Source of the DNA: a virus
Lineage: Duplodnaviria; Caudoviricetes
Reading direction: 5' to 3' (one strand)
Length of the DNA: 27,516 nt
Virus record (IMG/VR): IMGVR_UViG_3300032181_000503
Location: 1 to 27,516 of that record
Position 1 is the stretch's first letter, and every line of letters begins with the position of its first letter. Below the pieces are notes generated by a model. That model was not told the origin of the DNA. It searched no databases and worked only from the letters and a program-made list of their open reading frames with translations. This document shows positions 10,659-19,067 of the stretch, one piece after another. The position numbers were made by a program, and so were the translations under genes.

Positions 10659-12014
10659 ATGTTTTATCAGGAAGCAAAAACAGCAAGATCGGCGGTGGTT
10701 GGCACCATCATGCCGTGGACGGGGGGATTAAGTAGCATCCCTCCTGGGTGGATTCTATGTGATGGTGGTGTTGTAGATGCAGCAGATTATCCACTGCTTA
10801 CACAAGCTATTGGTAATACATATGATGCTTTGGGGGGATCTATTACAGGCAATTTCCCTGCTTATACTGGAACGGTCAAGTTACCTGACTTGAATGAAAA
10901 AACATTGATGGATATTGAATCGAGTTACTTCGCTCCCGTTGCAAATGGTGGTACAGGTAGAGATGCAGACATAGATTCTGATGCTCTCACCATCATCTCA
11001 CCAATCATTGGAGAACATGATGACAATGGTATTACAATTTCACCAACAGATGTTACTGTTGATGTTTTGTTTAATATAAACGCTGGTGATAGAACTGGAT
11101 ATTCAGGAAAGATCACGGGTAATACAAAAGAAGATGGAGAAGGTGTTGCAACGGTTTACATCGGTCCTAGAAAATTAGGAAGAAAGCACATTAAGAGACA
11201 TAACCATCCAGGAACATATCCAACACTGGATGATCAAAACCGAAAAAGACCTGGTAGAGGTGTTTCTGCATTCGAGAATATTAAATATACACTATATCAC
11301 TCACACGTTGATAACGAGGGTGGTGGTGATCAAGGTGATACCTACTACTTTGGTTGGACTAGTGAAACTGCTGGTGATGGTAGCGCAGGTACAGTTGATG
11401 AACGCCCTGGTATTGCAATCGGAGATGCAACGTCAATTCCAAGTGGTCAAGAACTTGACTATACACTAACTTGGCCAGAAGCAGGTGATGTTATACCTGA
11501 TGGACATGGTGGTGGAACGCAAGGTGTTGTCGTAGCACACGTAATATCCGAGAGTCCTCCTGTTAACTTGAAACCTAAAGACCTTTTATCAACTCCTATT
11601 TCAACTCAATTTAAGGTAACTAATTTGAGACCTGAAGGACCATTTCTAGATTCAGGTAGAGCAGTTCCAGCAGCTTCTAGAGGCGGTAGTTTGAATATTC
11701 CCACTGGATTTACAAATTACTATGATGATAACAACCAAAACGCATCACAACTTCGTGATACACTGATGAGTCATATTGGACTCAATTTTACAAACACTGA
11801 ACCTGGTGGTGATTTCATTGAAGCTCATGACCATGGAGAATTTGATGTTGAGTTTGATTCATCTGGATTGAGACCCAATAGTAGTATTGTATGTGAGGTT
11901 AACCTTCCAGCAACAGTCAATGTAGATAATACACAGAATGAAAAAGCATTGCAAATTGACGTGAACATCGCACAACCAACTCTTTCTTGCATATACATCA
12001 TCAGAGCATACTAA
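10659..12014 (+). CDS. Tail-collar domain fibre protein (451 aa)
   Basis: N-terminal collar motif VGTIMPWTG..IPPGWILCDG..DYPLL..IGNTY..LPDL; HxH motifs (RHNH, AHDH); C-terminal YIIRAY. Confidence 0.85.
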   Translation: MFYQEAKTARSAVVGTIMPWTGGLSSIPPGWILCDGGVVDAADYPLLTQAIGNTYDALGGSITGNFPAYTGTVKLPDLNEKTLMDIESSYFAPVANGGTGRDADIDSDALTIISPIIGEHDDNGITISPTDVTVDVLFNINAGDRTGYSGKITGNTKEDGEGVATVYIGPRKLGRKHIKRHNHPGTYPTLDDQNRKRPGRGVSAFENIKYTLYHSHVDNEGGGDQGDTYYFGWTSETAGDGSAGTVDERPGIAIGDATSIPSGQELDYTLTWPEAGDVIPDGHGGGTQGVVVAHVISESPPVNLKPKDLLSTPISTQFKVTNLRPEGPFLDSGRAVPAASRGGSLNIPTGFTNYYDDNNQNASQLRDTLMSHIGLNFTNTEPGGDFIEAHDHGEFDVEFDSSGLRPNSSIVCEVNLPATVNVDNTQNEKALQIDVNIAQPTLSCIYIIRAY

Positions 12015-12015
12015 A

Positions 12016-12933
12016 ATGGGAAAGTCTATATCTACTAATTACGCCAGACAGAAATCTCACTGGGGTGGTGTTCCTGGAACTATTCAGATTCATACCGTTC
12101 CTGGTATGGGATTTAATAATGATCCTACTACTGCAGTGTTTAAAGATAACCTGCCTGGTGGATTTTTAAGATGTAATGGTGCTATTTTAAATGCAAAAGA
12201 TTATCTGCTATTGTCTAGAATTTTAGGTGTAGGCACTGAATGTAGATTTGCAAAACCAAATGCTATTCTGCGCGATCCTGATCCTGAAACAGGAGATCTT
12301 GGATCATTTCAGTTACCTGATCTAGGATCTAAAGTTATGATTGGTGGTAGAGGATCGGGTGAATACCGTGAGACAACCTTGAGCAATAAACCCAACCAAA
12401 ACAAGGTTGGTGTTGAGGTTACGCCAAACACACCACTTGGTGAAAGATTGATTACAAACTATATCTCCAATACTGGAGACGGCATGAAAGTTACGGCGCA
12501 ATCAAGTATTGATTTTAGGGGTAATCTTAAGTTTAACATGCCTAGGAATGTTGAGCCTACTATCATTTCGATTGAACAGTTCCAAGCACACCAACATGAC
12601 GCTGATTTGCGTATTTTGAATACTACATCTGATGGTTATAATACTGATGGGGATGGACTTACTGGTGACGCTGATTCGGCATTTGATGCAAACGTAGAAG
12701 CACAAAACATCCTAGATGAAACTCAACCAAATGTGCCAAGAGGTTCGGTTCAACACGATCATAGAATTACAAAACCTTTTACTTACAGTAATAACTTCAC
12801 TTATTCATTCCCAGCTACGAACGTACCGTTGGATGACATGGAATCATATATCGATGTTGATACAACCAACTTGGAGGTTTTGAATCAAGTGGTAACTCCA
12901 TTCATCATGGTACACTATATCATCAAGTTCTGA
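12016..12933 (+). CDS. Tail-collar domain fibre protein (305 aa)
   Basis: PGTIQ..LPGGFLRCNG..DYLLL..FQLPDLG collar motif; HxH motifs (AHQH, QHDH); C-terminal HYIIKF; starts 1 nt after the previous stop. Confidence 0.8.
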   Translation: MGKSISTNYARQKSHWGGVPGTIQIHTVPGMGFNNDPTTAVFKDNLPGGFLRCNGAILNAKDYLLLSRILGVGTECRFAKPNAILRDPDPETGDLGSFQLPDLGSKVMIGGRGSGEYRETTLSNKPNQNKVGVEVTPNTPLGERLITNYISNTGDGMKVTAQSSIDFRGNLKFNMPRNVEPTIISIEQFQAHQHDADLRILNTTSDGYNTDGDGLTGDADSAFDANVEAQNILDETQPNVPRGSVQHDHRITKPFTYSNNFTYSFPATNVPLDDMESYIDVDTTNLEVLNQVVTPFIMVHYIIKF

Positions 12934-12934
12934 T

Positions 12935-14446
12935 ATGGCTACGTATAACAATACCTACACGTATAGTAGCAGTCAGCGTTTAAGATCAGATGTAAAGCAA
13001 GTTAATTACATTACTGTTGCTGGTGGTGGTGGCGGAGCCCGCCCTAATGCTGGTTTTGGTAGATCTCCTAATAATGGTCAAGATACTAGACTGAACACCA
13101 CAGGATTATGGTCGCAGGGTGGTAGACATGGAGAACTAAATCGTGGTGGTTATGGTGGATATGGAAACTACAGTTATGGTAGGAATGGTCAGATTAACTA
13201 TTCTGGTGGTCAGTATCAACGTGCTGCATCTGGTTATGGACCATATGGATCTGGTGGTGCAGGACAGTGGAGATCGCCTAGTTTAACTGGTGGTGGTGGC
13301 GGTGGTGGTGCCTCGCGCTCAACATACTATCGAGGATCGAGTGGTGCTATCGCTGGTCAAAGAGTATATTGGACGATCGGGCAAGGTGGTACACAAGGTG
13401 GTAATGGTAATAGAAGAAGGGGTGACAATGGGGCAATCTACATCTCTCAAACTACATATGACCGCCCTTCTGCTAGCATAAGTGCAAGCCCAACTAGTAT
13501 TGTTTTGGGGAACAGCAGTACATTATCGTGGAGCTCAAGTGGAGATATTAATTCAGTTAATGTGCAGCCTGGTATTGGAAATGTAAGCACAAGCGGATCA
13601 TTTAATGTCTCTCCAGCCTCTACGACTTCATATACAATTACGGCATCTAATCCAGCATATACAACAACTGATACTGTCACAATTACTGTATTGATTCCCC
13701 CGCAAGTTAATATGACTGTTGACGATCCTACTATTGTCTTGGGAGAGAGCACTACCTTGAGATGGAATGTTACTGGTGATGCTAATAATATGACGATTGA
13801 CAACGGAATTGGAACCTCTAACCTTGTTGGTCAGCAAGTAATTACACCAACATCAACCATAGTTTATACAGGAACTGCTACTGGTCCTGGTGGAACAGGT
13901 AGTGACACTGCGGTTGTTACAGTATTGCCACCACCAACATTGAGTGTTTCTGGTCCAATTGTGGTTGGATATGAAGATCCAATGCCTTTTAGTATAGAAG
14001 CAACAAATGCACCAGGTGGTATTAGTTATGTCTATTCACAGGTTAATACTGACGGTAGTACAGAAGCCGTGACAACTCCAGTAACAATCCCAGGTAGCAC
14101 TGGAGATTTGGTTAACATCACTGATTTTGAATTCACTCCTGTATATGATAACTTTGGACCATCGTCGGTGACAATTACTTTCACTGCCAATGGATATGGT
14201 GGACTGCTAGCACAAGAAGTAGAAGTAATTCCTGTCAATATTGACCAGACTCCTAATGCTATTGATATTCCCTCAACTGAAGATAAGTTGAGAGATGAAG
14301 AACCTGTTATCACACCTAACGTTGAGGTTACAACCGAACAGATTGTAGTTGAGGATATTGATATCCCTGTTGAGATTAAGTCTGACTATCCTATTCAAGT
14401 TGAGATCGAGAATAGTGATGTCTGGTATGATGTGAGGGAGATCTAA
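12935..14446 (+). CDS. Adhesin-like paralog 1: glycine-rich head + 3 Ig/PKD-like domains + conserved 71-aa C-terminal module (503 aa)
   Basis: Head has AGGGGG / GGGGGGGAS / TIGQGG motifs. Ig-like repeats begin PSASISASPTSIVLG..TLSW, PPQV..TIVLGESTTLRW and PPTLSVSGP. The C-terminus PVNIDQTP..VREI is shared with the next three genes. Confidence 0.8.
   Translation: MATYNNTYTYSSSQRLRSDVKQVNYITVAGGGGGARPNAGFGRSPNNGQDTRLNTTGLWSQGGRHGELNRGGYGGYGNYSYGRNGQINYSGGQYQRAASGYGPYGSGGAGQWRSPSLTGGGGGGGASRSTYYRGSSGAIAGQRVYWTIGQGGTQGGNGNRRRGDNGAIYISQTTYDRPSASISASPTSIVLGNSSTLSWSSSGDINSVNVQPGIGNVSTSGSFNVSPASTTSYTITASNPAYTTTDTVTITVLIPPQVNMTVDDPTIVLGESTTLRWNVTGDANNMTIDNGIGTSNLVGQQVITPTSTIVYTGTATGPGGTGSDTAVVTVLPPPTLSVSGPIVVGYEDPMPFSIEATNAPGGISYVYSQVNTDGSTEAVTTPVTIPGSTGDLVNITDFEFTPVYDNFGPSSVTITFTANGYGGLLAQEVEVIPVNIDQTPNAIDIPSTEDKLRDEEPVITPNVEVTTEQIVVEDIDIPVEIKSDYPIQVEIENSDVWYDVREI
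14231..14446 (+). repeat. Conserved 216-nt (71 aa + stop) C-terminal module, copy 1 of 4
   Basis: PVNIDQTPNAIDIPSTEDKLRDEEPVITP...; gap-free homologs at 15580-15795, 17256-17471 and 18815-19030. Confidence 0.95.
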
Positions 14447-15795
14447 TGCCACAGATTAGTATTTCATGGGCTAGAAACGCAGGCGATAGTAACTACCTAT
14501 ATGGTATGCCTGGTGGAACCATTGGTCCCAATGGTGGTAGTAGAACTGCGAATGTTGGGTGGAACCAGGTATTTAATCTATCTGCTAATGGCAGTGGTCC
14601 TGGCAATGTTGCTATGAGAAGATTAAATAGTCAGACTTTAGGTTTAGATGATAGACAAGGAGCTGGCGCTGATGGTGACTTCAATGACATGCTCATATAT
14701 GTCAATGGTGGACAATTTATTAATGATAGTCAGTATCAAGGTCCAATTGCTATCTATGGTTGTACTAATTCAGGTGCGATTAACTACAATCCTAACGCAG
14801 ATCTTGATGATGGTAGTTGCATAGTTGTCAATCCAATACTAAATCTTGACGCTAGTTCTACCAGTATTATTTTGGGTAATAGCACTACGCTATCTTGGTC
14901 TGCTAGCGATTCGCAGTATATACAAGAAGCTACCGTTGATCCTGTGCCTGGTGCTGTAAATACATCTGGAAGTGCTGTTGTTACGCCAATAGAGACGACA
15001 ACATATTTCTATACTGTTAGATGGGCAAATGGAACTAGACAAACGCAGCGTACAGTTACGGTACTAATACCACCACAAATTACGGTATCATTAGATAATA
15101 ATCCGATTATTCAGGGAGAGACCACCACATTACGGTGGAGCACTACTGGTGATGCTTCTACCATGACTATTACTCCTGGTATTGGTGCAACTAATTTGTC
15201 TGGTGCTCAAGCAGTAACACCAACACAAGACACTACCTATACTCTTACCGCTAGTGGACCTGGTGGTACAGATACTGAACAGATTACTTTAACTGTCATT
15301 CAACCACCAGAACTAGATTTAACTGGTCCTCTTGCAATACCTTACGGTCAATCTACTGTTGATTTTTCATATGAAGCAGTAAATGCATTGAGCATAGATG
15401 TATCAATAATACAGAGAGATCTAGACAACAGTGATGATTTCTTCACCGATACTGCTACAACTGATGGTAGTGTATATACATATACACCAACGTGGGGCAA
15501 TAGAGGACCACAATCAATTCTGGTCACAATGACTGCTAATGGGCAAGGTGGACTGCAAACAGTAAGACAAGCTACCGTACCTGTTAATATTGATCAGACT
15601 CCAAATGCTATTGATATTCCATCAACAGAAGATAAATTACGTGACGAAGAACCAGTTATTACGCCTGATGTTGAGGTAGTTAGTGAACAAATTGTAGTTG
15701 AGGATATAGATATTCCTGTAGAGGTAAAATCTAACTATCCAATTCAGGTCGAGATTGATAATTCCAACGTTTGGTATAACGTACAAGAACTATGA
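14446..15795 (+). CDS. Adhesin-like paralog 2: DxDFND (lectin/Ca-binding-like) head + Cys repeat + 3 Ig-like domains + conserved C-terminal module (449 aa)
   Basis: LDDRQGAGADGDFNDM motif; YGCTNSGAINYNPNADLDDGSC repeat; same Ig-like stalk and C-terminal module; TAATG overlap with paralog 1. Confidence 0.8.
   Translation: MPQISISWARNAGDSNYLYGMPGGTIGPNGGSRTANVGWNQVFNLSANGSGPGNVAMRRLNSQTLGLDDRQGAGADGDFNDMLIYVNGGQFINDSQYQGPIAIYGCTNSGAINYNPNADLDDGSCIVVNPILNLDASSTSIILGNSTTLSWSASDSQYIQEATVDPVPGAVNTSGSAVVTPIETTTYFYTVRWANGTRQTQRTVTVLIPPQITVSLDNNPIIQGETTTLRWSTTGDASTMTITPGIGATNLSGAQAVTPTQDTTYTLTASGPGGTDTEQITLTVIQPPELDLTGPLAIPYGQSTVDFSYEAVNALSIDVSIIQRDLDNSDDFFTDTATTDGSVYTYTPTWGNRGPQSILVTMTANGQGGLQTVRQATVPVNIDQTPNAIDIPSTEDKLRDEEPVITPDVEVVSEQIVVEDIDIPVEVKSNYPIQVEIDNSNVWYNVQEL
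15580..15795 (+). repeat. Conserved C-terminal module, copy 2 of 4
   Basis: First 29 aa identical to copy 1; same length. Confidence 0.95.
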
Positions 15796-17471
15796 CAGTA
15801 ACACAGAGTAGATATAGTCCTGGGCAGGTAACTTGGTCTGTCCCAGCAGGTGCCACTAATGTTTCCTTTACTATTGCCGCTGGTAGTGGTGGTGGATCTA
15901 AATCGCCTTCTGATGGTAGTCTGTGGAATCATAGTAGAGGTGGATTTGGTAGAGCTGGTAACTTCACTATCGCACCAAGAAGTGGTTCATACAATCTAAC
16001 ATTTTACATTGGTGGGCAAGGTGGCAATGGAGTAGGACCCCAGAATCCTGGTGGCAGTGGTGGTTCTTCCCCTCTCGCTGGTGGTGGTAGTGGACATAGA
16101 TCTGGTGGAGGCGGTGGCGGCGCTACTGCTGTATACGATAGCTGGCTTGGTAGATATATTGCATGGACTGGTGGTGGCGGCGGTGCTGGTAGATTCGGTC
16201 AGGACACTGGTATCAGTGGGTATTACACTGCTGGTCGTGGTATTGGTGGTGGTGCAACTAGCAGCTCACCCTCGTGGAGAACTGGACAATCTGCTCCTGC
16301 TGGTCACCGTGGTGGCGGTGGTGGAGGATCCACTAGTGGTGGTGCAGGAAGTTTGGGTGGTGCTCAAACTAGCAATGGATATGGTGGTATTGGTGGTAAC
16401 TCTGGTTGGTATAATAATGGAGATATTGGTTGGATTACTAACAGTGGTTATGGAAACTTTGGTAACGGATATGCAGTTCTTACTTATGTAAATCCACCAC
16501 CATCGATTGATACGTTTACTGCTAGCCCCAGCACATTGGTTCTTGGCAATACTTTTCAGTTAAACTGGAGTGTATCTGGTACTGTGAATTCGGTCAACAT
16601 TACTGACGTTGGAAATGTGAATACATCTGGAACTGCTACGATACTACCAGGTGGTGATATCACTTACACAATAACTGCTACTGGTCCTGGTGGAACGGTT
16701 GCAAAGAGTGTTGCCATTGATGTCCATATCCCACCGCAGATTAGTTTCAGTGTTGACAAATCTCAAATTGTTGGTGGAGATACTGCCACTTTAACGTGGA
16801 GTGTTACTGGCGATGCTGATACAATGAGCATCAATCCTGGTATTGGTGGCACCAACCTTTCTGGCACTCAACTTATACAACCATCACAAGACACTACATA
16901 TACTGCTGTTGCTAGTGGTCTTGGTGGTACAGATACTGAACAACTTACTGTTGAGGTTGTATATCCACCTGAAGTTTCCTTGACTGGACCACTATCTACT
17001 GACTATGGTAATGATATAACTTTGACATTTAATGCAGACAATGCTGTTACTTCATTACAGTTGTTGAGAAAGTATGTCAGTCAGGGAAATGTTGACCCAG
17101 ACTGGACATTAGTGGAAAATTTACCGACAGGTCAAAACACATCTGGAACCTTACTATTCTCTCCAGATTATGATAATTTTGGACCAGATGTTGTTCAGTT
17201 CCAGTTATATGCCGTTGGTGAAGCAGGATTGAACGATACTGCTACTTTTGATGCATTCATCAATATTGACAGAACGCCTGATGCTATTGATATTCCTGCA
17301 TCCGAAGATAAATTACGAGATGAAGAACCAGTCATTACTCCTGATGCGGTAGTAACATCAGAACAAATTGTGGTTGATGATATTGATGTTCCTGTTGAGA
17401 TCAAAGCAGATCAACCTATTCAGGTTGAGATAGATGATAGCGGTACATTCCAAGATATTAGGGAGATCTAA
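15792..17471 (+). CDS. Adhesin-like paralog 3: long glycine-rich head + 3 Ig-like domains + conserved C-terminal module (559 aa)
   Basis: TWSVPAGATNVSFTIAAGSGGG..LTFYIGGQGGNG..GGGGGATA..TGGGGGAG, a polyglycine-type domain; same stalk and C-terminus; ATGA overlap with paralog 2. Confidence 0.8.
   Translation: MTVTQSRYSPGQVTWSVPAGATNVSFTIAAGSGGGSKSPSDGSLWNHSRGGFGRAGNFTIAPRSGSYNLTFYIGGQGGNGVGPQNPGGSGGSSPLAGGGSGHRSGGGGGGATAVYDSWLGRYIAWTGGGGGAGRFGQDTGISGYYTAGRGIGGGATSSSPSWRTGQSAPAGHRGGGGGGSTSGGAGSLGGAQTSNGYGGIGGNSGWYNNGDIGWITNSGYGNFGNGYAVLTYVNPPPSIDTFTASPSTLVLGNTFQLNWSVSGTVNSVNITDVGNVNTSGTATILPGGDITYTITATGPGGTVAKSVAIDVHIPPQISFSVDKSQIVGGDTATLTWSVTGDADTMSINPGIGGTNLSGTQLIQPSQDTTYTAVASGLGGTDTEQLTVEVVYPPEVSLTGPLSTDYGNDITLTFNADNAVTSLQLLRKYVSQGNVDPDWTLVENLPTGQNTSGTLLFSPDYDNFGPDVVQFQLYAVGEAGLNDTATFDAFINIDRTPDAIDIPASEDKLRDEEPVITPDAVVTSEQIVVDDIDVPVEIKADQPIQVEIDDSGTFQDIREI
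17256..17471 (+). repeat. Conserved C-terminal module, copy 3 of 4
   Basis: FINIDRTPDAIDIPASEDKLRDEEPVITPD...IREI; same length. Confidence 0.95.
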
Positions 17472-17473
17472 CC

Positions 17474-19030
17474 ATGGGCGCAATGGGCAACCTGCACACC
17501 TTTGATTCGTATTACAACCCCACGGGTGGTGATACTTTTTACACCTCAAATCCTGGTGGAGAGAACTTGGCTGCATACAATTTTGTTGCTAGTAATGTGT
17601 GGAAACTGTTCATGTCTGCTAGCGTCCCAGGTATCCCATATGGTCAATCGGTAGGAACTATCTACAGATTTTATAGCAGCAATCTTGTAGATCACTTGTT
17701 TAAGTTTGGGTCTAGTGTTCCTAGTAGTGATTACTATCTGGAAGGTGCTATTGGAGTTGCATTTACACAGAATGGATCTTATCGTCAACCAGTCTATAGA
17801 TTTTATAATTCTAGTAACGGTGACCACAAGTATAAAACGAGCAGTAATACACCTAGTGGATACGTCTATGAAGGTGTTGCGTGGTACTCTCCAATTCCTG
17901 TCTATGGGTGTAAAGATTCTAGTGCTACCAACTATAATCCATGGGCAAATCAACCAAGCACTGGATGTACCTATATTGTATATGGATGCACTGATCCCAA
18001 TGCTAGTAACTACAATTCTAGTGCTACAAATAATGATGGTAGTTGTCAATACCCCAATCCAACTGTTTCTTTAAGCGTGAGTCCCAATTCAATTATTCAG
18101 GGAGAGAGTGCATCATTGTCATGGAGTACATTTAATTCTACATCACAGTCAATTACAAATATTGGTGGAGTTTCTAGTTCTGGTAATATTAATGTATCTC
18201 CTAGTTCTACAACAACATATACACTCACTGGAAACTATTATGGATATACATCTGCGAGTGTAAGTAGAACTCTCACGGTGTATACACCACCAAGTATTTC
18301 ATTTACTGTGGATGATAGTGAGATTGTTAGATTAGATACTACAATATTACGTTGGAGTGTGAGTGGTAGTGTAAGCACAGTGACCATCAGTCCTGAAATT
18401 GGTTCTACTAATATATCTTCTCAAGCGACTATTTCTCCAACAACAACCACTACATATACTTTGTCTGCAGATGGTCCTGGTGGAGCTGCTAGCGCAACAG
18501 TTACTGTTACTGTAATAGATCCACCATCAGTTTCTCTTAATGGTCCTCTGGCAGTATCTTATGGAGATAACATAACACTCTCCCATGAGATGTCTAGAGC
18601 AACAGCATCATATTTGCTGTACATAGAGGAGACAGATCTTGACGGCAATGTAACTACTCCGTCTGTCAGTCCTGTTGATCTTGGGGCAGGAAATTCCGCA
18701 AATGCTTCTTACACTCATTTAGTTACTTATAATGATAGAGGACCTGCTTCTATACAATACTCACTAACTGGAATTGGTAGCGGTGGATTGACTGATGTGG
18801 ATGTTGTCACTGTACCTATCAATATCGATCAAACACCTAATGCTATACAGATTCCATCATCCGAAGATAAATTGCGTGATGAAGAACCAGTCATTACTCC
18901 TGATACAGAAGTAACAACTGATCAAATTTTAATTGAGGAGATTGATATACCTGTGGAGGTCAAATCTGATTATCCTATTCAGGTTGAAATTGAAAACAGT
19001 GGAACATATATTGAGGTCAGAGAGATCTGA
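17474..19030 (+). CDS. Adhesin-like paralog 4: DUF5648-like repeat head + 2 Cys repeats + 3 Ig-like domains + conserved C-terminal module (518 aa)
   Basis: Three repeats of YRFY....DH....Y.EG type (YYNPTGGDTFYT; IYRFYSSNLVDHLF..YYLEG; VYRFYNSSNGDHKY..YVYEG); two YGCxDxxAxNY repeats; same stalk and C-terminus. Alternative ATG at 17483. Confidence 0.8.
   Translation: MGAMGNLHTFDSYYNPTGGDTFYTSNPGGENLAAYNFVASNVWKLFMSASVPGIPYGQSVGTIYRFYSSNLVDHLFKFGSSVPSSDYYLEGAIGVAFTQNGSYRQPVYRFYNSSNGDHKYKTSSNTPSGYVYEGVAWYSPIPVYGCKDSSATNYNPWANQPSTGCTYIVYGCTDPNASNYNSSATNNDGSCQYPNPTVSLSVSPNSIIQGESASLSWSTFNSTSQSITNIGGVSSSGNINVSPSSTTTYTLTGNYYGYTSASVSRTLTVYTPPSISFTVDDSEIVRLDTTILRWSVSGSVSTVTISPEIGSTNISSQATISPTTTTTYTLSADGPGGAASATVTVTVIDPPSVSLNGPLAVSYGDNITLSHEMSRATASYLLYIEETDLDGNVTTPSVSPVDLGAGNSANASYTHLVTYNDRGPASIQYSLTGIGSGGLTDVDVVTVPINIDQTPNAIQIPSSEDKLRDEEPVITPDTEVTTDQILIEEIDIPVEVKSDYPIQVEIENSGTYIEVREI
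18815..19030 (+). repeat. Conserved C-terminal module, copy 4 of 4
   Basis: PINIDQTPNAIQIPSSEDKLRDEEPVITPD...VREI; same length. Confidence 0.95.
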
Positions 19031-19036
19031 TAAATA
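19029..19036 (+). promoter_or_regulatory. Late promoter GATAAATA upstream of the 1,035-aa gene
   Basis: ATAAATA core overlapping the paralog 4 stop codon, 31 nt before ATG 19068, in the only sizeable intergenic gap of the tail module. Confidence 0.65.
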
Positions 19037-19067
19037 CTACAGAAATTGTGACCATCGCCTGCGTTAA

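Noticed and set aside
16021-16400. GGT/GGC triplet runs as microsatellites or CRISPR-like repeats
   Set aside because: They are glycine codons within a coding region, with no repeat-spacer structure.
14231-19030. Shufflon, invertible cassette or diversity-generating retroelement explanation for the four paralogs
   Set aside because: All copies are intact, direct and coupled genes. There is no recombinase or reverse transcriptase in the window, no inverted crossover sites, and differences are mostly synonymous rather than adenine-specific.
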